Counted from the stretch's first letter, positions 1 through 13,886 are shown. The stretch: 64,000 nt of DNA from Eledone cirrhosa (GCA_964016885.1 CAXHJY010001327.1:1-64000); one strand, 5' to 3'. Program-made: numbers and translations. The notes: a model not told the origin generated them from the letters alone.

Positions 1-180
1 ACTAGCGTGGAGAAGATTAATTTAAAGCAAGAATAGCAACGATTGTAGATATATATGGATGAATGAACGAGGTTTTAAGGAGACAAGAAGAAAATGTTCT
101 ATAATACATTACATTTTCGTAGAATCGACTGACCATTTAATAAGGGTTGACAAGTGTATATATATATATATATACATATG

Positions 181-222
<42 letters not shown>

Positions 223-227
223 TATAT

Positions 228-661
228 GCATACTACTGTACGTCTGTATACATATATGTATGTACGTATACATACATACTTACATTTAAGTAAGTGCCGT
301 ACTAAGAGTGAGAAATGAAATTTCGTTTTTATTTTATTACAACTCATCGTTTTCGGTGCGCCTGACCGATTTAACTCACTCGATATGCAAATTAGGCTGC
401 TCAGCCATTAATTTTCATAAGGAAAGTATATACTTTCGAACTATCTGGCAGATGGGTATACGGTGCTGATGATAGCTAACAAGCTTGAAACTAGTACATC
501 GTTCCTGTGTCAGTGTTGAACAAAAAGGTGACGTGGTTGCCTTAACACCGTGCGGCATAAATTCAGGCTGTTCAGTTTGTTTACAAACGAACAAAGCGGG
601 CGCTATAATAAGCGTCCGCTAAACTGATGCGTACATATATGTATGTGTACCTGTATGTATA

Positions 662-699
<38 letters not shown>

Positions 700-815
700 T
701 GCTACTGTACGTCTGTATACATATATGTATGTACGTATACATACATACTTACATTTAAGTAAGTGCCGTACTAAGAGTGAGAAATGAAATTTCGTTTTCA
801 TTTTATTACAACTCA

Positions 816-817
<2 letters not shown>
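228..817 (+). mobile_element. Non-coding hammerhead-bearing mini-element (retrozyme / non-autonomous PLE-like), ~1.25 tandem units of ~470 bp
   Basis: Segment 228-346 is repeated at 697-817 after an internal (TA)n; a hammerhead lies at 461-501; a near-identical copy is at 3472-4236. Confidence 0.7.
461..501 (+). ncRNA. Minimal type I hammerhead ribozyme
   Basis: cggtg CTGATGA tagctaacaagctt GAAA ctaGTA catcg: stem I cggtg/catcg, stem II agct/agct, palindromic stem III actagt, GUA triplet. Confidence 0.8.
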
Positions 818-868
<51 letters not shown>

Positions 869-912
869 ATACAATATTAATAAATGGAAACTATATTTAT
901 AAAACCATATTT

Positions 913-975
913 ATTTCATTATACATATTTCAGGGATACCACATTAAATTATGGTATAACTTCATCAGACAAAAT
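913..975 (-). ncRNA. Type I hammerhead ribozyme in a PLE-like terminal fragment (~870-1100)
   Basis: Minus strand: attttgt CTGATGA ag..atacca(loop)tggtat..ct GAAA tatgt ATA atgaaat; 7-bp stem I including G-U pairs. Confidence 0.65.
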
Positions 976-1128
976 ACAATATATAACAGTTTTACAAATA
1001 GGTTTGAGGTACCCTTTTAAAATACAACCATTACTTTTGGAGGCTGTCTGGATAGAGATTTGTTTATATAAGTCATAGTGTTAAGCACAATTAGAAAAAG
1101 ACATGTATATATATATATATACATACAT

Positions 1129-1470
1129 GGAGGCACATGGCTTAGTGGTTAGAGCATTGGCCTTGCAATCGAAAGGTTGTGAGTTCAATCCTCAGACCGG
1201 GTGATGTGTTGTTTCCTTGAGCAAGACACTTTATTTCACATTGCTCCAGTTTACTCAGATGTAGAAATGAGATGATAGGGACTGGGGTCCCTATCATTCC
1301 ACTGCAAAGTGGTCGTGGAGGTGCCACGGCAAGAAAGCACCCAGCACTCACTGTAAATGAGGTTGGTGTTAGGAAGGGCATCCAGCTGTAGAAATCAAGC
1401 CAGAATCAGTTCCCGTCCCACCCTTGCAAGCAGGGAAAAGTGGACATAAAATGATGATGATGATGATGAT
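1129..1470 (+). mobile_element. tRNA-derived SINE with CORE-like centre and RTE-derived 3' tail
   Basis: A box TGGCTTAGTGG, B box GAGTTCAATCC, central tccttgagcaagacacttt; the 3' part matches the RTE 3'UTR (~13007-13160); ends in (GAT)n. Confidence 0.85.
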
Positions 1471-2061
1471 GTATATATATATATACATGTATATATATAT
1501 ATACATATATACACATGGATATATATATATATATACATATATACACATGTATATATATATATATATACATATATACATGTATATACATATCCTAAACGGA
1601 CAGTAGTCCGTTTAGTAATATTTTTGTGGTCGTGTTTTCGTTGGCAATCGTCTGTTTACTACAGTACAGCGCGGCTCTACTTTATTTAACTGAGATAAAA
1701 CTTATATGAGCATGAACAGTAGAACATTACGCATCTTTTGGCTTAAAAATCTAGAAATTTGGTCGAGCGGGAAAAAGTTTGTAATCAAAGTTTGCTGATA
1801 AATCTTGTGTTCAAGTGAGTGAGTAGTAAGCGTGACGCTAGGGGAGGTAATCCAGAAATGACAAATTTTTTTTGGCGGAACTCGTGATTGTGATTACGTT
1901 AGTCAAATGTAGTCAAATCGCCGAATCCCCTCCTCCTAATTGACTACGTCATTTCTAACGGCCCTACTTGCGTCAGTGTGAAACATTACTTCACTTTTCA
2001 CTGCTAAAATGCTTTTTAAATACTTCGTTAAAAATTTATGTTTATTATCAAAGCTATTTTC

Positions 2062-2159
2062 ATATATACACATATATATACATATACATATACATACATA
2101 TATATACATATATATATATATACATATATATATATACATATATATACATATATATATAC

Positions 2160-2190
<31 letters not shown>

Positions 2191-2191
2191 C

Positions 2192-2276
<85 letters not shown>

Positions 2277-2277
2277 C

Positions 2278-2364
<87 letters not shown>

Positions 2365-2375
2365 CATATATATAC

Positions 2376-2474
<99 letters not shown>

Positions 2475-2489
2475 CATATATATATATAC

Positions 2490-2576
<87 letters not shown>

Positions 2577-2737
2577 CATATATATATACATATATATATA
2601 TACATATATATATACATATATACATATATATATACATATATATATACATATATATATATATATACATATATATATACATATATATATATATATACATATA
2701 TATATACATATATATATATATATACATATATATATAC

Positions 2738-2782
<45 letters not shown>

Positions 2783-2797
2783 CATATATATATATAC

Positions 2798-2896
<99 letters not shown>

Positions 2897-2914
2897 TATA
2901 TACATATACATATA
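2062..2914. repeat. (TA)n microsatellite interrupted by CA
   Basis: Direct reading; similar tracts at 4237-5158, 6750-7280 and 13263-13925. Confidence 0.97.
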
Positions 2915-3263
2915 TCATCATCATCATCATCATCATCATTTTTACGTCCGCTTTTCCCTGCTTGCAAGGGTGGGACGGGAACTGATTCTGGCTTGATTTC
3001 TACAGCTGGATGCCCTTCCTAACACCAACCTCATTTACAGTGAGTGCTGGGTGCTTTTTTTGCCGTGGCACCTCCACGACCACTTTACAGTGGAATGATA
3101 GGGACCCCAGTCCCTATCATCTCATTTCTACAGCTGAGTAAACTGGAGCAACGTGAAATAAAGTGTCTTGCTCAAGGAAACAACACATCACCCGGTCTGA
3201 GAATTGAACTCACAACCTTTCGATTGCAAGGCTAATGCTCTAACCACTAAGCTATGTGCCGCC
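2915..3263 (-). mobile_element. tRNA-derived SINE, same family as 1129-1470, opposite orientation
   Basis: Reverse complement of 1129-1470 with few substitutions; (CAT)n tail at the left end. Confidence 0.85.
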
Positions 3264-3378
3264 ATTATATACATATATATATATATACATATACATACAT
3301 ATATATATACATATATATATATACACATATATATATACATATATATATACACATATATATATACACATATATATATAC

Positions 3379-3468
<90 letters not shown>

Positions 3469-3471
3469 GTA

Positions 3472-3521
3472 TAAACTGATGCGTGCATATATGTATGTGT
3501 ACCTGTATGCATATGTGTATA

Positions 3522-3607
<86 letters not shown>

Positions 3608-4060
3608 TGCTACTGTACGTCTGTATACATATATGTATGTACGTATACATACATACTTACATTTAAGTAAGTGCCATCCTAAGAGTGAGAAATGAAATTT
3701 TGTTTTCATTTTTTTTCAACTTATCGTTTTCGGTATGCCTGCCCGATTTAACTCACTCAATATGCAAATTAGGCTGCTCAGCCATTAATTTTCATAAGGA
3801 AAGTATATACTTTCGAACGTTCAACTATCTGGCAGATGGGTAAACGGTGCTGATGATAGCTAACAAGCTTGAAACTAGTACATCGTTCCTGTGTCAGTGT
3901 TGAACAAAAAGGTGACGTGGTTGCCTTAACACCGTATGGCATAAATTCAGGCTGTTCGCTTTGTTGACAAACAAACGAACAAAGTGGCCGGCGTTATAAT
4001 AAACGCCGGCTAAACTGATGCGTGCATATATGTATGTGTACCTGTATGCATATGTGTATA

Positions 4061-4123
<63 letters not shown>

Positions 4124-4236
4124 GCTACTGTACGTCTGTATACATATATGTATGTACGTATACATACATACTTACATTTAAGTAAGTGCCATCCTAAGAG
4201 TGAGAAATGAAATTTTGTTTTCATTTTTTTTCAACT
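3472..4236 (+). mobile_element. Second copy of the hammerhead-bearing tandem mini-element (~1.4 units)
   Basis: Matches 228-817; identical hammerhead at 3845-3885; ends at the same ..caact position. Confidence 0.7.
3845..3885 (+). ncRNA. Minimal type I hammerhead ribozyme
   Basis: Identical to 461-501. Confidence 0.8.
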
Positions 4237-4284
4237 ATATATATATATACATATACATATATATATATACATATACATATATAC

Positions 4285-4331
<47 letters not shown>

Positions 4332-4486
4332 CATATATATACATATATATATATATACATATATATATATACATATATATATATACATATATACATATAT
4401 ACATATATATATACATATATATATATACATATATATATATACATATATATATACATATATACATATATATATACATATATATATAC

Positions 4487-4525
<39 letters not shown>

Positions 4526-4634
4526 CATATATATACATATATATATATATACATACATATATATATACATATATATATACATATATATATACATATATAT
4601 ATATATACAAATATATACATATACATATATATAC

Positions 4635-4759
<125 letters not shown>

Positions 4760-4760
4760 C

Positions 4761-4791
<31 letters not shown>

Positions 4792-4806
4792 CATATATAT
4801 ATATAC

Positions 4807-4837
<31 letters not shown>

Positions 4838-4838
4838 C

Positions 4839-4989
<151 letters not shown>

Positions 4990-5044
4990 CATATATATAT
5001 ACATATATACACATATATATATACATATATACATATATATATAC

Positions 5045-5075
<31 letters not shown>

Positions 5076-5098
5076 CATACATATATATATACATATAC

Positions 5099-5148
<50 letters not shown>

Positions 5149-5156
5149 ACATATAT

Positions 5157-6750
5157 ATAACTTTGAATAACTTTGAAATGTTTTGGCCAGTATTGGCCCA
5201 GGCCATGTCTAACTTAATAGCACCACCTGGCGAAGTCTTTCAATTCAGGATTTGGGCACCATGGCCCATTCGAGAAGAGAATTACTGTTTGCGGAGACAT
5301 ATCCGGGTGTGGGTGGTTTGTCCGGGATTACTTGGAGGAATTTGTCCAAAGACTTCTTGAATTTTGAGTGGTCAGTTTCTGTTTTGACGTGTCCTGGTGT
5401 GATGTTGAAGAGAGCAGGGCCGATTGAGGTGAAATAATTGTGCCGTATTGTTGTTATGAGTTGCGATTTAGATTTTTGAATGGGACGGATAGCACGGGGC
5501 CCAAGCCTTGGGTGTATCTTGAAGGCGATGCCAACATCATTTGGGCAGTGATGATGGAACATTTTCCACATCATGCAGATAATATAACGCTCACGGCGAC
5601 GTTGGAGTGAGTAAAGTTTCAGGTTTTCCAATCGACCCCAGTAGTCAAGGTCTGACATGCCATCTATCTTTTTCGTGATTGCCCTTTGAGGAGCTTCAAG
5701 TTTCATGATACTTTGTTTCGTGTGGGGAGACCACAGTGGACAACAGTATTCAAGGTGTGGTCGGGCGAAAGTAGAGAAGAGAAGGATAATGGTGCGGGAA
5801 TCTCTCGACTGGAAGGTTCTGAGGATCCAGGAACACATTCTGCGGGCCATGTCAACTTTGCTGCTTATATGCGTGGTCCAGCTTATGTTGCTGTCCACGG
5901 TTACTCCCAAGTCTCTGATGTTGTTAGATGCCACGAGAGTTTCCCCGGAGGGAAGGGAGTACGGGAGTTTCAGAGCATCCTCTTTTCCAAAGTGGATCAG
6001 TTCGAATTTGTCCTCGTTCAGTAACATGTTGTTCTTTTCTGCCCATTGGGTAACAGCCAGTAGGTCTGACTGAAGGCTTATCCGGTCATCCACGCCATTG
6101 ATGACCTTTTGGAGCTTGGAATCATCAGCGAAAATTTTAATGTTGCTGTGTTTGATGATGTCAGTGATGTCATTAATATAGATGATGAAGAGAAGTGGGC
6201 CCAACACAGTGCCTTGTGGGACTCCACTACTGACTTTGGCTGGGCTTGATTTGACTCCCTCAACTACAACATGTTGGGTTCTGTTTGACAGGAAGCTCTT
6301 GATCCACTGCAGCAGCTTTCCAGTGACACCAATATTGGACAGCTTTCTCAGTAGAATGTTATGATCAACCCTGTCAAAGGCCTTGCTGAAATCAAGGTAG
6401 ATAACATCAGTGTTGGAACCCTCTCCCAAGGCTCTCAAAATGTCATCAAAGTGATGCAGTAGTTGCGTCAGGCAATCCCTTCCATTACGGAATCCATGCT
6501 GGTTGGAGTTCAGCATATTGTTACTCTCAAGGAAGTGGGTCATTCGCGATCTCACCACTCGCTCAAATACCTTAATGATATGAGAGGTGAGTGAGATTGG
6601 ACGGTAATTCACGGCATGGGATTTGTTTCCCTTTTTGAAAACTTGGACAACAGACTGGGATAGAAGGTTTTCTGGCACATATCCAGCATCCAGTGAGTTC
6701 CGCCACAGATTGGCAAGAGGAGAAGCAAGTTGGTGTTGACACGCCTTCCA
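5157..6750 (-). mobile_element. 5'-truncated CR1/L2-group LINE (RT domain plus 3' end)
   Basis: Frame ending at 5245 has [35 protein letters not shown] and FADD; short ttcaaagtta tail repeat; (TA)n on both sides. Confidence 0.92.
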
Positions 6751-6829
6751 CATATACATATATATATATATACATATACATATATATACATATATACACA
6801 TATACACATATATACATATATACACATAT

Positions 6830-6875
<46 letters not shown>

Positions 6876-6877
6876 AC

Positions 6878-6909
<32 letters not shown>

Positions 6910-7039
6910 ACATATATACACATATACACATATACACATATATATATATATATATACATATATACATATATATACATATATACATATATATATACATATA
7001 TACATATATATATACATATATACATATATACATATATAC

Positions 7040-7072
<33 letters not shown>

Positions 7073-7249
7073 CATATATACATATATATACATATATACA
7101 TATATACATACATATATATATATATACATATATACATACATATATATATATATACATATATACATACATATATATATATATACATATATATATATACATA
7201 TATATATATATACATATACATATATATATATATACATATATACATATAC

Positions 7250-7280
<31 letters not shown>

Positions 7281-9606
7281 GCTTTTTCATGTCGTTAATA
7301 TTATGATGTTCCCTGCTGTATTAGCGTTAAATTTTCCCTGCTGTATTAGCGATAAATTTTCGAGGGTTTCTCTTAGTAGCTTTTTCATGTCGTTAATATT
7401 ATGATGTTCCCTGCTGTATTAGCGTTAAATTTTCCCTGCTGTATTAGCGATAAATTTTCGAGGGTTTCTCTTAGTAGCTTTTTTCATGACGTTATTATTG
7501 TTAATTTTACTGATGTAGTATTAACTTATTAACTTGGATATTTACCATGCGGTATTCTAATCCTATTGTATCTCTCTCAGTTATTTACCATGCGACCCTC
7601 AGTTCCTACCCCCCCCCCTCTATGCACTTCTTCTTTAAGGCTTACTACCCTGTCTTTAACCTAATTCATTCAATCTGAAAATATTGAAGAGATAAGACAC
7701 TTTGCCATTCTTCTCTGCTAAAATGTACCACTGAGCTGATTCAAATTTTCCCAGCCAGCCATCCACCTAATCTACGAAGGTATTTTAGCCTACATATTGT
7801 CGTTAATATTATGATGTTCCCTGCTGTATTAGCGTTAAATTTTCCCTGCTGTATTAGCGATAAATTTTCGAGGGTTTCTCTTAGTAGCTTTTTCATGTCG
7901 TTAATATTATGATGTTCCCTGCTGTATTAGCGTTAAATTTTCCCTGCTGTATTAGCGATAAATTTTCGAGGGTTTCTCTTAGTAGCCTTTTTCATGACGT
8001 TATTATTGTTAATTTTACTGATGTAGTATTAACTTATTAACTTGGATATTTACCATGCGGTATTCTAATCCTATTGTATCTCTCTCAGTTATTTACCATG
8101 CGACCCTCAGTTCCTACCCCCCCCCCCCCCCCCTCTATGCACTTCTTCTTTAAGGCTTACTACCCTGTCTTTAACCTAATTCATTCAATCTGAAAATATT
8201 GAAGAGATAAGACACTTTGCCATTCTTCTCTGCTAAAATGTACCACTGAGCTGATTCAAATTTTCCCAGCCAGCCATCCACCTAATCTACGAAGGTATTT
8301 TAGCCTACATATTGTCGTTAATATTATGATGTTCCCTGCTGTATTAGCGTTAAATTTTCCCTGCTGTATTAGCGATAAATTTTCGAGGGTTTCTCTTAGT
8401 AGCTTTTTCATGTCGTTAATATTATGATGTTCCCTGCTATATTAGCGTTAAATTTTCCCTGCTGTATTAGCGATAAATTTTCGAGGGTTTCTCTTAGTAG
8501 CCTTTTTCATGACGTTATTATTGTTAATTTTACTGATGTAGTATTAACTTATTAACTTGGATATTTACCATGCGGTATTCTAATCCTATTGTATCTCTCT
8601 CAGTTATTTACCATGCGACCCTCAGTTCCTACCCCCCCCCCCCCTCTATGCACTTCTTCTTTAAGGCTTACTACCCTGTCTTTAACCTAATTCATTCAAT
8701 CTGAAAATATTGAAGAGATAAGACACTTTGCCATTCTTCTCTGCTAAAATGTACCACTGAGCTGATTCAAATTTTCCCAGCCAGCCATCCACCTAATCTA
8801 CGAAGGTATTTTAGCCTACATATTGTCGTTAATATTATGATGTTCCCTGCTGTATTAGCGTTAAATTTTCCCTGCTGTATTAGCGATAAATTTTCGAGGG
8901 TTTCTCTTAGTAGCTTTTTCATGTCGTTAATATTATGATGTTCCCTGCTGTATTAGCGTTAAATTTTCCCTGCTGTATTAGCGATAAATTTTCGAGGGTT
9001 TCTCTTAGTAGCTTTTTTCATGACGTTATTATTGTTAATTTTACTGATGTAGTATTAACTTATTAACTTGGATATTTACCATGCGGTATTCTAATCCTAT
9101 TGTATCTCTCTCAGTTATTTACCATGCGACCCTCAGTTCCTACCCCCCCCCCCCCCCCTCTATGCACTTCTTCTTTAAGGCTTACTACCCTGTCTTTAAC
9201 CTAATTCATTCAATCTGAAAATATTGAAGAGATAAGACACTTTGCCATTCTTCTCTGCTAAAATGTACCACTGAGCTGATTCAAATTTTCCCAGCCAGCC
9301 ATCCACCTAATCTACGAAGGTATTTTAGCCTACATATTGTCGTTAATATTATGATGTTCCCTGCTGTATTAGCGTTAAATTTTCCCTGCTGTATTAGCGA
9401 TAAATTTTCGAGGGTTTCTCTTAGTAGCTTTTTCATGTCGTTAATATTATGATGTTCCCTGCTGTATTAGCGTTAAATTTTCCCTGCTGTATTAGCGATA
9501 AATTTTCGAGGGTTTCTCTTAGTAGCCTTTTTCATGACGTTATTATTGTTAATTTTACTGATGTAGTATTAACTTGGATATTTACCATGCGACCCTCAGT
9601 TCCTAC
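7281..9606 (+). repeat. Tandem array of ~510-bp units (4 full plus 1 partial), each starting with two 98-bp subunits; possible RTE 5'UTR
   Basis: Unit starts (gtcgttaat) at 7291, 7799, 8314, 8825 and 9339; units differ mainly in poly-C length. Confidence 0.93.
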
Positions 9607-12600
9607 CGCACAATTTCCCTCCCCCCCACCCCCACACACCACCATAGTCTATTCGACCAATCAAACCTAGCATGCCATTTCCACTGCTGCTGCTGCTACT
9701 ACCTGCCTAACTAACTCTCTCCTCCTCTGGCGCATCCCAACACACCCTGCCATTACCCCACCACCACTGTCCTTCTAGCCCTCAATTTTCCCACCGTTAG
9801 GGATGGATGAGCTGGGAATACACGAGCAACTCTGAATCAATAGATGAAATATGAATCTGCGAGCTACCAAGCACCCACGTGAAGCGCCAACCCAGAGACC
9901 CTCCCCTACGAGTGTCGACAAATGCCCAAAACTCCGAGTTGGTACCATCAATGTAGGCTCAATGAAAGGAAGAGCAGGAGAAATCGTAGAAATGCTAGAG
10001 CGAAAGGAAGTTGATGTATGCTGTGTGCAAGAGACTAGATGGAGAGGAGGGTCTGCTAGAGTCCTTGTAGGAAAAAGCCAGTGCTACAAATTTTTCTGGG
10101 TGGGAAATGACGATGGGATGGGTGGTGTAGGTATACTATTAGCTGACAAGTGGGTAGATAAAGTAATCTCAGTGTACAGGGTAAATGCAAGAATCATTAA
10201 ACTCAGACTAGTCCTGAATAAGACAATTACCACAATAATATCAGCTTACGCACCCCAATCGGGGCTGCCAGACGAACTTAAGGATAGGTTTTACGAGTCC
10301 CTAATACACACTACTGCTCTAACAGACGACAAGGACTTCCTAATCATTGCAGGAGATTTTAACGGACACGTAGGTAAACACTGCGACGGCTTCAATAGAG
10401 TACATGGAGGCCATGGAGTTGGCACAAGGAATGAGGAAGGATTCAGACTTCTAGAATTCTGCGACGCCAATGACATGTCGATATGTAACACAAACTTTAA
10501 AAAACCCGACAACCACCTGATCACCTATAGATCAGGGGAGCACTCTAGTCAGTTAGATTTTATCCTCATCAGAGGACGTGACAGATGGACGGTCGTAAAC
10601 ACAAAAGCCTTCCCTAGTGAGGAATGTACATCCCAACATAGCTTAGTTGTCAGCGACCTCACGGTCAGAACTAGACGAGCCCTGAAACAGAGGCCAACCT
10701 GGAGAAGAAAGATCTGGAAGCTGAAAGTCCCCTCAACCAGTAACAGATTTAAAGATATTTTACTCAACGCCTACGACAGTAAAGAAGAACAGATAGAGAC
10801 ATTTAACGTAGAAGAGAACTGGGAGTTCCTAAAAAATAACTTACTAGAGGCGACGGATGAGGTTTGTGGCTGGAGTAAGACCTCAAGCAGGAGGAGAGTG
10901 ACTTGGTGGTGGAACAATAAGGTAGATGAAGCAGTCAAGGCCAAGAGACAGGCATGGAAAGAATGGAAGAACGGGGGGAGCAGGGTACATTACATAGAGA
11001 CCAAGAGGGAAGCTAGGCGACAAGTATACTTAGCTAGGAGGGAAGCAGAGGATAGAAAATTCAAGCATGTTTTACAACGTGAGGACCAGAAACAGGAGGT
11101 ATTCAAGATTGCGAGGCAGTGTGTCAGAGATAGTTGTGATGTCATTGGAGAGAAGTGTATCCGGAATGATAAAGGTGAGCTTGCCCTCACAAGTGCTGAG
11201 AAGAAAGATGCATGGAAGAGTCATTATGATAGATTACTAAATGAGGAGAATGCATGGGAAGAAGAGACCCTACCCCACGTAGACCCTATAGAGGGACCAG
11301 CAGTACAAGTCAGCGGCAGCGTAGTAAGTAAGGCAATCAGAGATATGAAGATAGGGAAGGCAACCGGTCCATCGGGTATAGCTGCCGAGATGCTGAAGGC
11401 ATCTGGGTCTGTAGGTCACACTATAACCACACGTATCGTTAACCAGGTAATACTAGAGGGGGCCATACCAAAAGATTGGTGCAGTAGCATCATTGTCAAC
11501 TGCTACAAAGGTAAAGGCGATGCACTAGATAGAGGAAACTATAGAGGTATAAAGTTGATGGACCAGGTCATGAAAGTAACAGAAAGAGTTATAGCACAGC
11601 TGATTAGGGACCGGGTGAATATAGACGAGATGCAATTTGGGTTTGTTCCAGGGAAAGGCACCACTGATGCGCTCTTCCTTGTGAGGCAATTACAGGAAAA
11701 GTACCTAGCTAAAAGTAAGCCACTCTACTTGGCATTTGTCGACCTTGAGAAAGCCTTTGACAGAGTTCCACGTGCAGTAATCTGGTGGGCTCTTAGAAAA
11801 CTAGGAGTAGATGAATGGCTTGTGAAAGCGGTACAAGCCATGTATAGGGGAGCAGTCAGCAAAGTTAGGATTGGCAATGAGTATAGCGAGGAATTTAGCG
11901 TACAGGTTGGGGTCCACCAGGGCTCTGTTCTTAGCCCTCTCCTGTTCATCATAGTCCTGCAGGCAATAACGGAGGAGTTTAAGACCGGATGCCCATGGGA
12001 ACTCCTGTATGCTGATGACCTCGCACTCATAGCTGAATCTATGGTAGAACTAGAGAATAAATTCCAAACCTGGAAGCAGGGACTAGAGAGAAAGGGCCTC
12101 AAAGTCAACATGACAAAGACTAAGGTCCTTATAAGTAGACGAGAAAACAGAACCCAGATCCCCTCAGGGAAATGGCCTTGCTCAGTATGTAGGAAAGGTG
12201 TAGGTAGGAACTCCATTCTTTGCCCCAAATGCAAACAATGGGTACACAAGAGATGTAGCGGGATCTCAGGAAGCTTAATTAAGAATGTAGGATTCACATG
12301 CAGCAGCTGTGCTGAAACAGCAAGCAAACAGCCACAGGAAACAAGTACCACCAATCTCTGGGAGGGCCCTGTAGAAACAGTAGACAGCTTCTGCTACCTA
12401 GGTGACCGAATTAGCAACGGAGGTGGGTGCTCAGAAAGTACAATAACTAGGGTAAGAACGGGATGGAAGAAGTTTAGGGAACTACTACCACTGCTAGCTG
12501 CAAAAGGCTTCTCCCTCAGAATGAAAGGCAGACTGTATGATGCGTGTATCCGAACAGCGATGTTGCATGGTAGTGAGACCTGGGCGCTGAAGGTGGAAGA

Positions 12601-13263
12601 CCTACGTAGATTAGAGAGAAACGAAGCCTGCATGCTCCGATGGATGTGTAACAGTAATATACGTGAACGACAAAGCATAAATGAATTGAGAGAGAGACTG
12701 AGCATAAGAGGAATCAAATGCTGCGTGCAGGAGAGGCGGTTACGCTGGTATGGGCATGTGATGCGTATGAAGGATGACAGCTGCATAAAAAGGTGCAGAG
12801 CACTAGAAGTTGATGGAAACCGCGGAGTGGGGAGACCCAAGATGACTTGGGATGAGGTGATAAAAGCCGACCTTACCCAACTACACCTCGCAAAGTCAAT
12901 GACACACGACCGTGACTTCTGGCGTCACGCAGTAATACAGGGTACCCGACCTCCCATGGGTACATGCTGAAGCATATAAACAATATGCCCCCCCCCCCCC
13001 CACCGCAAGGTGGTCGTGGAGGTGCCACGGCAAAAAAGCACCCAGCCCACACTGTAAAGTGGACGTGTAGGCGCCACGAAAAAGCACCCAGCACTCACTG
13101 TAAATGAGGTTGGTGTTAGGAAGGGCATCCAGCTGTAGAAATCAAGCCAGATCAGTTCCTGTATGAGCAAGGCATGGTCAGCCGACCAGACACTGCCCAC
13201 AACAGGACAACCCGTCTAACCCATGCTAGCGTGGAAGAACGGACGTAAAAACGGTGATGATGA
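9607..13263 (+). mobile_element. Full-length RTE LINE, family A (may extend 5' to 7281)
   Basis: Intact ORF; 3'UTR 12971-13263 ends in (GAT)n followed by (TA)n. Confidence 0.9.
9851..12970 (+). CDS. RTE-clade LINE protein: APE endonuclease, reverse transcriptase and PHD-type zinc finger
   Basis: Intact 1039 aa; GTINV, CVQETRW, AGDFNGHVG and SQH (APE); [21 protein letters not shown] and YADD (RT); CSVC..CPKC..HKRC..CSSC; RLRWYGHV C-terminus. Confidence 0.95.
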   Translation: MNLRATKHPREAPTQRPSPTSVDKCPKLRVGTINVGSMKGRAGEIVEMLERKEVDVCCVQETRWRGGSARVLVGKSQCYKFFWVGNDDGMGGVGILLADKWVDKVISVYRVNARIIKLRLVLNKTITTIISAYAPQSGLPDELKDRFYESLIHTTALTDDKDFLIIAGDFNGHVGKHCDGFNRVHGGHGVGTRNEEGFRLLEFCDANDMSICNTNFKKPDNHLITYRSGEHSSQLDFILIRGRDRWTVVNTKAFPSEECTSQHSLVVSDLTVRTRRALKQRPTWRRKIWKLKVPSTSNRFKDILLNAYDSKEEQIETFNVEENWEFLKNNLLEATDEVCGWSKTSSRRRVTWWWNNKVDEAVKAKRQAWKEWKNGGSRVHYIETKREARRQVYLARREAEDRKFKHVLQREDQKQEVFKIARQCVRDSCDVIGEKCIRNDKGELALTSAEKKDAWKSHYDRLLNEENAWEEETLPHVDPIEGPAVQVSGSVVSKAIRDMKIGKATGPSGIAAEMLKASGSVGHTITTRIVNQVILEGAIPKDWCSSIIVNCYKGKGDALDRGNYRGIKLMDQVMKVTERVIAQLIRDRVNIDEMQFGFVPGKGTTDALFLVRQLQEKYLAKSKPLYLAFVDLEKAFDRVPRAVIWWALRKLGVDEWLVKAVQAMYRGAVSKVRIGNEYSEEFSVQVGVHQGSVLSPLLFIIVLQAITEEFKTGCPWELLYADDLALIAESMVELENKFQTWKQGLERKGLKVNMTKTKVLISRRENRTQIPSGKWPCSVCRKGVGRNSILCPKCKQWVHKRCSGISGSLIKNVGFTCSSCAETASKQPQETSTTNLWEGPVETVDSFCYLGDRISNGGGCSESTITRVRTGWKKFRELLPLLAAKGFSLRMKGRLYDACIRTAMLHGSETWALKVEDLRRLERNEACMLRWMCNSNIRERQSINELRERLSIRGIKCCVQERRLRWYGHVMRMKDDSCIKRCRALEVDGNRGVGRPKMTWDEVIKADLTQLHLAKSMTHDRDFWRHAVIQGTRPPMGTC

Positions 13264-13266
13264 TAT

Positions 13267-13485
<219 letters not shown>

Positions 13486-13495
13486 CATACATACT

Positions 13496-13644
<149 letters not shown>

Positions 13645-13691
13645 TATACATATATATACATATATATATACATATATATACATATATATAC

Positions 13692-13886
<195 letters not shown>

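Noticed and set aside
1129-1200. tRNA gene
   Set aside because: Only A/B boxes are evident and the sequence continues into a SINE body and LINE tail
10291-13200. Antisense ORFs over the RTE (and over the CR1 copies)
   Set aside because: They are shadow frames with no recognisable motifs
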